Shown: piece by piece, positions 62,696 to 64,000 of the stretch
Numbering within the stretch: position 1 is the first letter of the stretch
How the letters are laid out: every line of letters begins with the position of its first letter
DNA from: Hamiltosporidium tvaerminnensis FI-OER-3-3
Lineage: Eukaryota > Fungi > Microsporidia
Assembly (NCBI GenBank): GCA_022605425.2
Contig: JAKIMF020000001.1
Span: 806,001-870,000, forward strand
Reading direction: 5' to 3'
Length of the DNA stretch: 64,000 nt
Notes under the pieces: generated by a model
Databases searched by the model: none
Told to the model about the DNA's origin: nothing
What the model saw: only the letters and a program-made list of their open reading frames with translations
Program-made: the position numbers and the translations under genes

Positions 62696-63359
62696 CTAAT
62701 TTATATTTTTTAAGAAATTAGAAAAAACCGAAAAAAGGGTATCAATTGCCTTTAAATTTTCGAAATAAAGTTTTTTTATGGAATCCGTATCAGTTTTTCC
62801 AGTGGATTGAAACAATCCTATTGTTTTTCTATGTGGAAAATATCCCAAAACGAGACTTGGAATTCTAATATTTTCTTCATTATTACTTAGATCTAGTAGA
62901 GATATTCCTTTAAAGAAACAACTGGTGATTGAGATACACATATCTTTAATTTGTATACCGCAATAACATAAAAGAATTGTAACAGAATTTATCAAAGTAC
63001 TGATCAAAGAGCCATCATCTTGTTTGATCAAAATATTTATTTCTAAATAGTTTGATTCTGAAATAGAAATAATTGGTTTGAAAAGTTCGGAAAGCAATGT
63101 CTCACATTCGTCTATCTTTTTCTCATGTTTACCGCTTTCCTGTCTCGCCACATCATAAAAACTTATTTTAAATTTTATATTTTCTTTATATTGGCCTTTT
63201 TCCTTTGGGCCGTATAATATAGATCGTACTTTGGTACCACCTTGTTGTAAATCAATATATCCACATTTATTTAGATATCCACTTTTTATTGCCACTTCTC
63301 TAAGTTCATTTGGTTTTCTGCCATCATAATCGAAATCCTTCTTCTGAGATAATCTCCAT
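62696..63359 (-). CDS. RRP41: Exosome RNase PH-like subunit Rrp41, extra base near 63329
   Basis: MEIISEEGFR, then +1 frame DGRKPNELR..QGGTKV...YGPKE..QDDGS..GIQIKD. Confidence 0.88.
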
Positions 63360-63529
63360 TTAAGGATGACAAATAGTTTCGGTATTTATAAAGTAATAAT
63401 ATAATTTTACAAAAATTTGAGGGAGTGAAAAATCCAAATTTTTTGCAATGATATGGCGAAATAAAAACGAAAAAATTCATAACTAAAAAACATAAAAATT
63501 AAATTTTTTTTACGTAACTAACACTGGTA

Positions 63530-63990
63530 AGTTGATGGTCTAAGCTCCCTGCAATTAACAATGTCCCTAAATATAAATACAAAAGGATTATATTCTTTTA
63601 TATTGAAAACAAAGAATGGAATACTAACAGAGAAATCAGCTCCAAATGATACGTACTACCAGAAGGTTAGGTCCCTTCTAAAGATAGCTAGAACTTAATG
63701 ATACACAGAAATCGGAAAATATAGCAAAGAAATCGCCTATTTAATTCATTTATAAAAATATATGAGAAGATTTCATTAGAGTTAAATTTTTTACTTCTAA
63801 TTGAAATCCGAAGAAGATATTATTCACCATAAGGAAACTGCGATATCGTTAGTTAAGTATAATGTGAACGTAAGCAGACTTGAAATGGCACGATTCTTTG
63901 GTTGAAAGGATGGAAGTTTACTGATGAATAAGAATACACATCATGATATGTTGTCCTTTTGTATCCTCGAATAGTAACTTAAGAAAAGCA
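63530..63990 (+). mobile_element. Short retroposon, family B, second copy (diverged)
   Basis: Colinear blocks with the reverse complement of 59400-59690 (tccctg, aaaacaaag, actacc..a.g.ttagg, aaaaatata.gaag, ttgtc.tttt). Confidence 0.45.
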
Positions 63991-64000
63991 ATATATTTTT

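Noticed and set aside
63912-63980. Hammerhead ribozyme (CTGATGA ... CGAAT)
   Set aside because: GAAA core is not intact, stems are poor, and the motif is absent from the other family B copy

Overview
Very AT-rich eukaryotic DNA that looks like a large-genome microsporidian. The evidence is short, divergent, intronless housekeeping genes and a CCC/GGG motif just upstream of most start codons. Recognisable genes: Na+/Ca2+ exchanger, TBC Rab-GAP, TPI1, NBP35, LUC7-like, a disrupted ABCG transporter, RPB4, a half-fimbrin, KHDC4/BLOM7-like, LSM2, RPA49, MED14-like, a RING protein, DYS1, RRP41, two paralogous membrane-anchored orphans, and an RNase P RNA gene absent from the ORF track. Intergenic DNA is full of mobile elements. 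There is one intact RLE-type non-LTR retrotransposon with a 15-bp TSD and many truncated or decayed copies of it. A ~730-bp non-coding SINE-like family has 5 copies; one shares its target-site duplication with a LINE copy. Also present are a second short retroposon family with the same head, a KRBA2/Ginger-like integrase relic, a hAT MITE containing a mariner-type MITE, and an arthropod-type RTE fragment. Best candidate for a new system: the LINE plus SINE-like partnership. Six single-copy genes each carry one extra base (+1). This mimics programmed frameshifting, but each case can be read as both alleles of a synonymous SNP written in tandem, so a heterozygosity assembly artefact is favoured. 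All homology calls come from motif recognition by eye; no searches were run.
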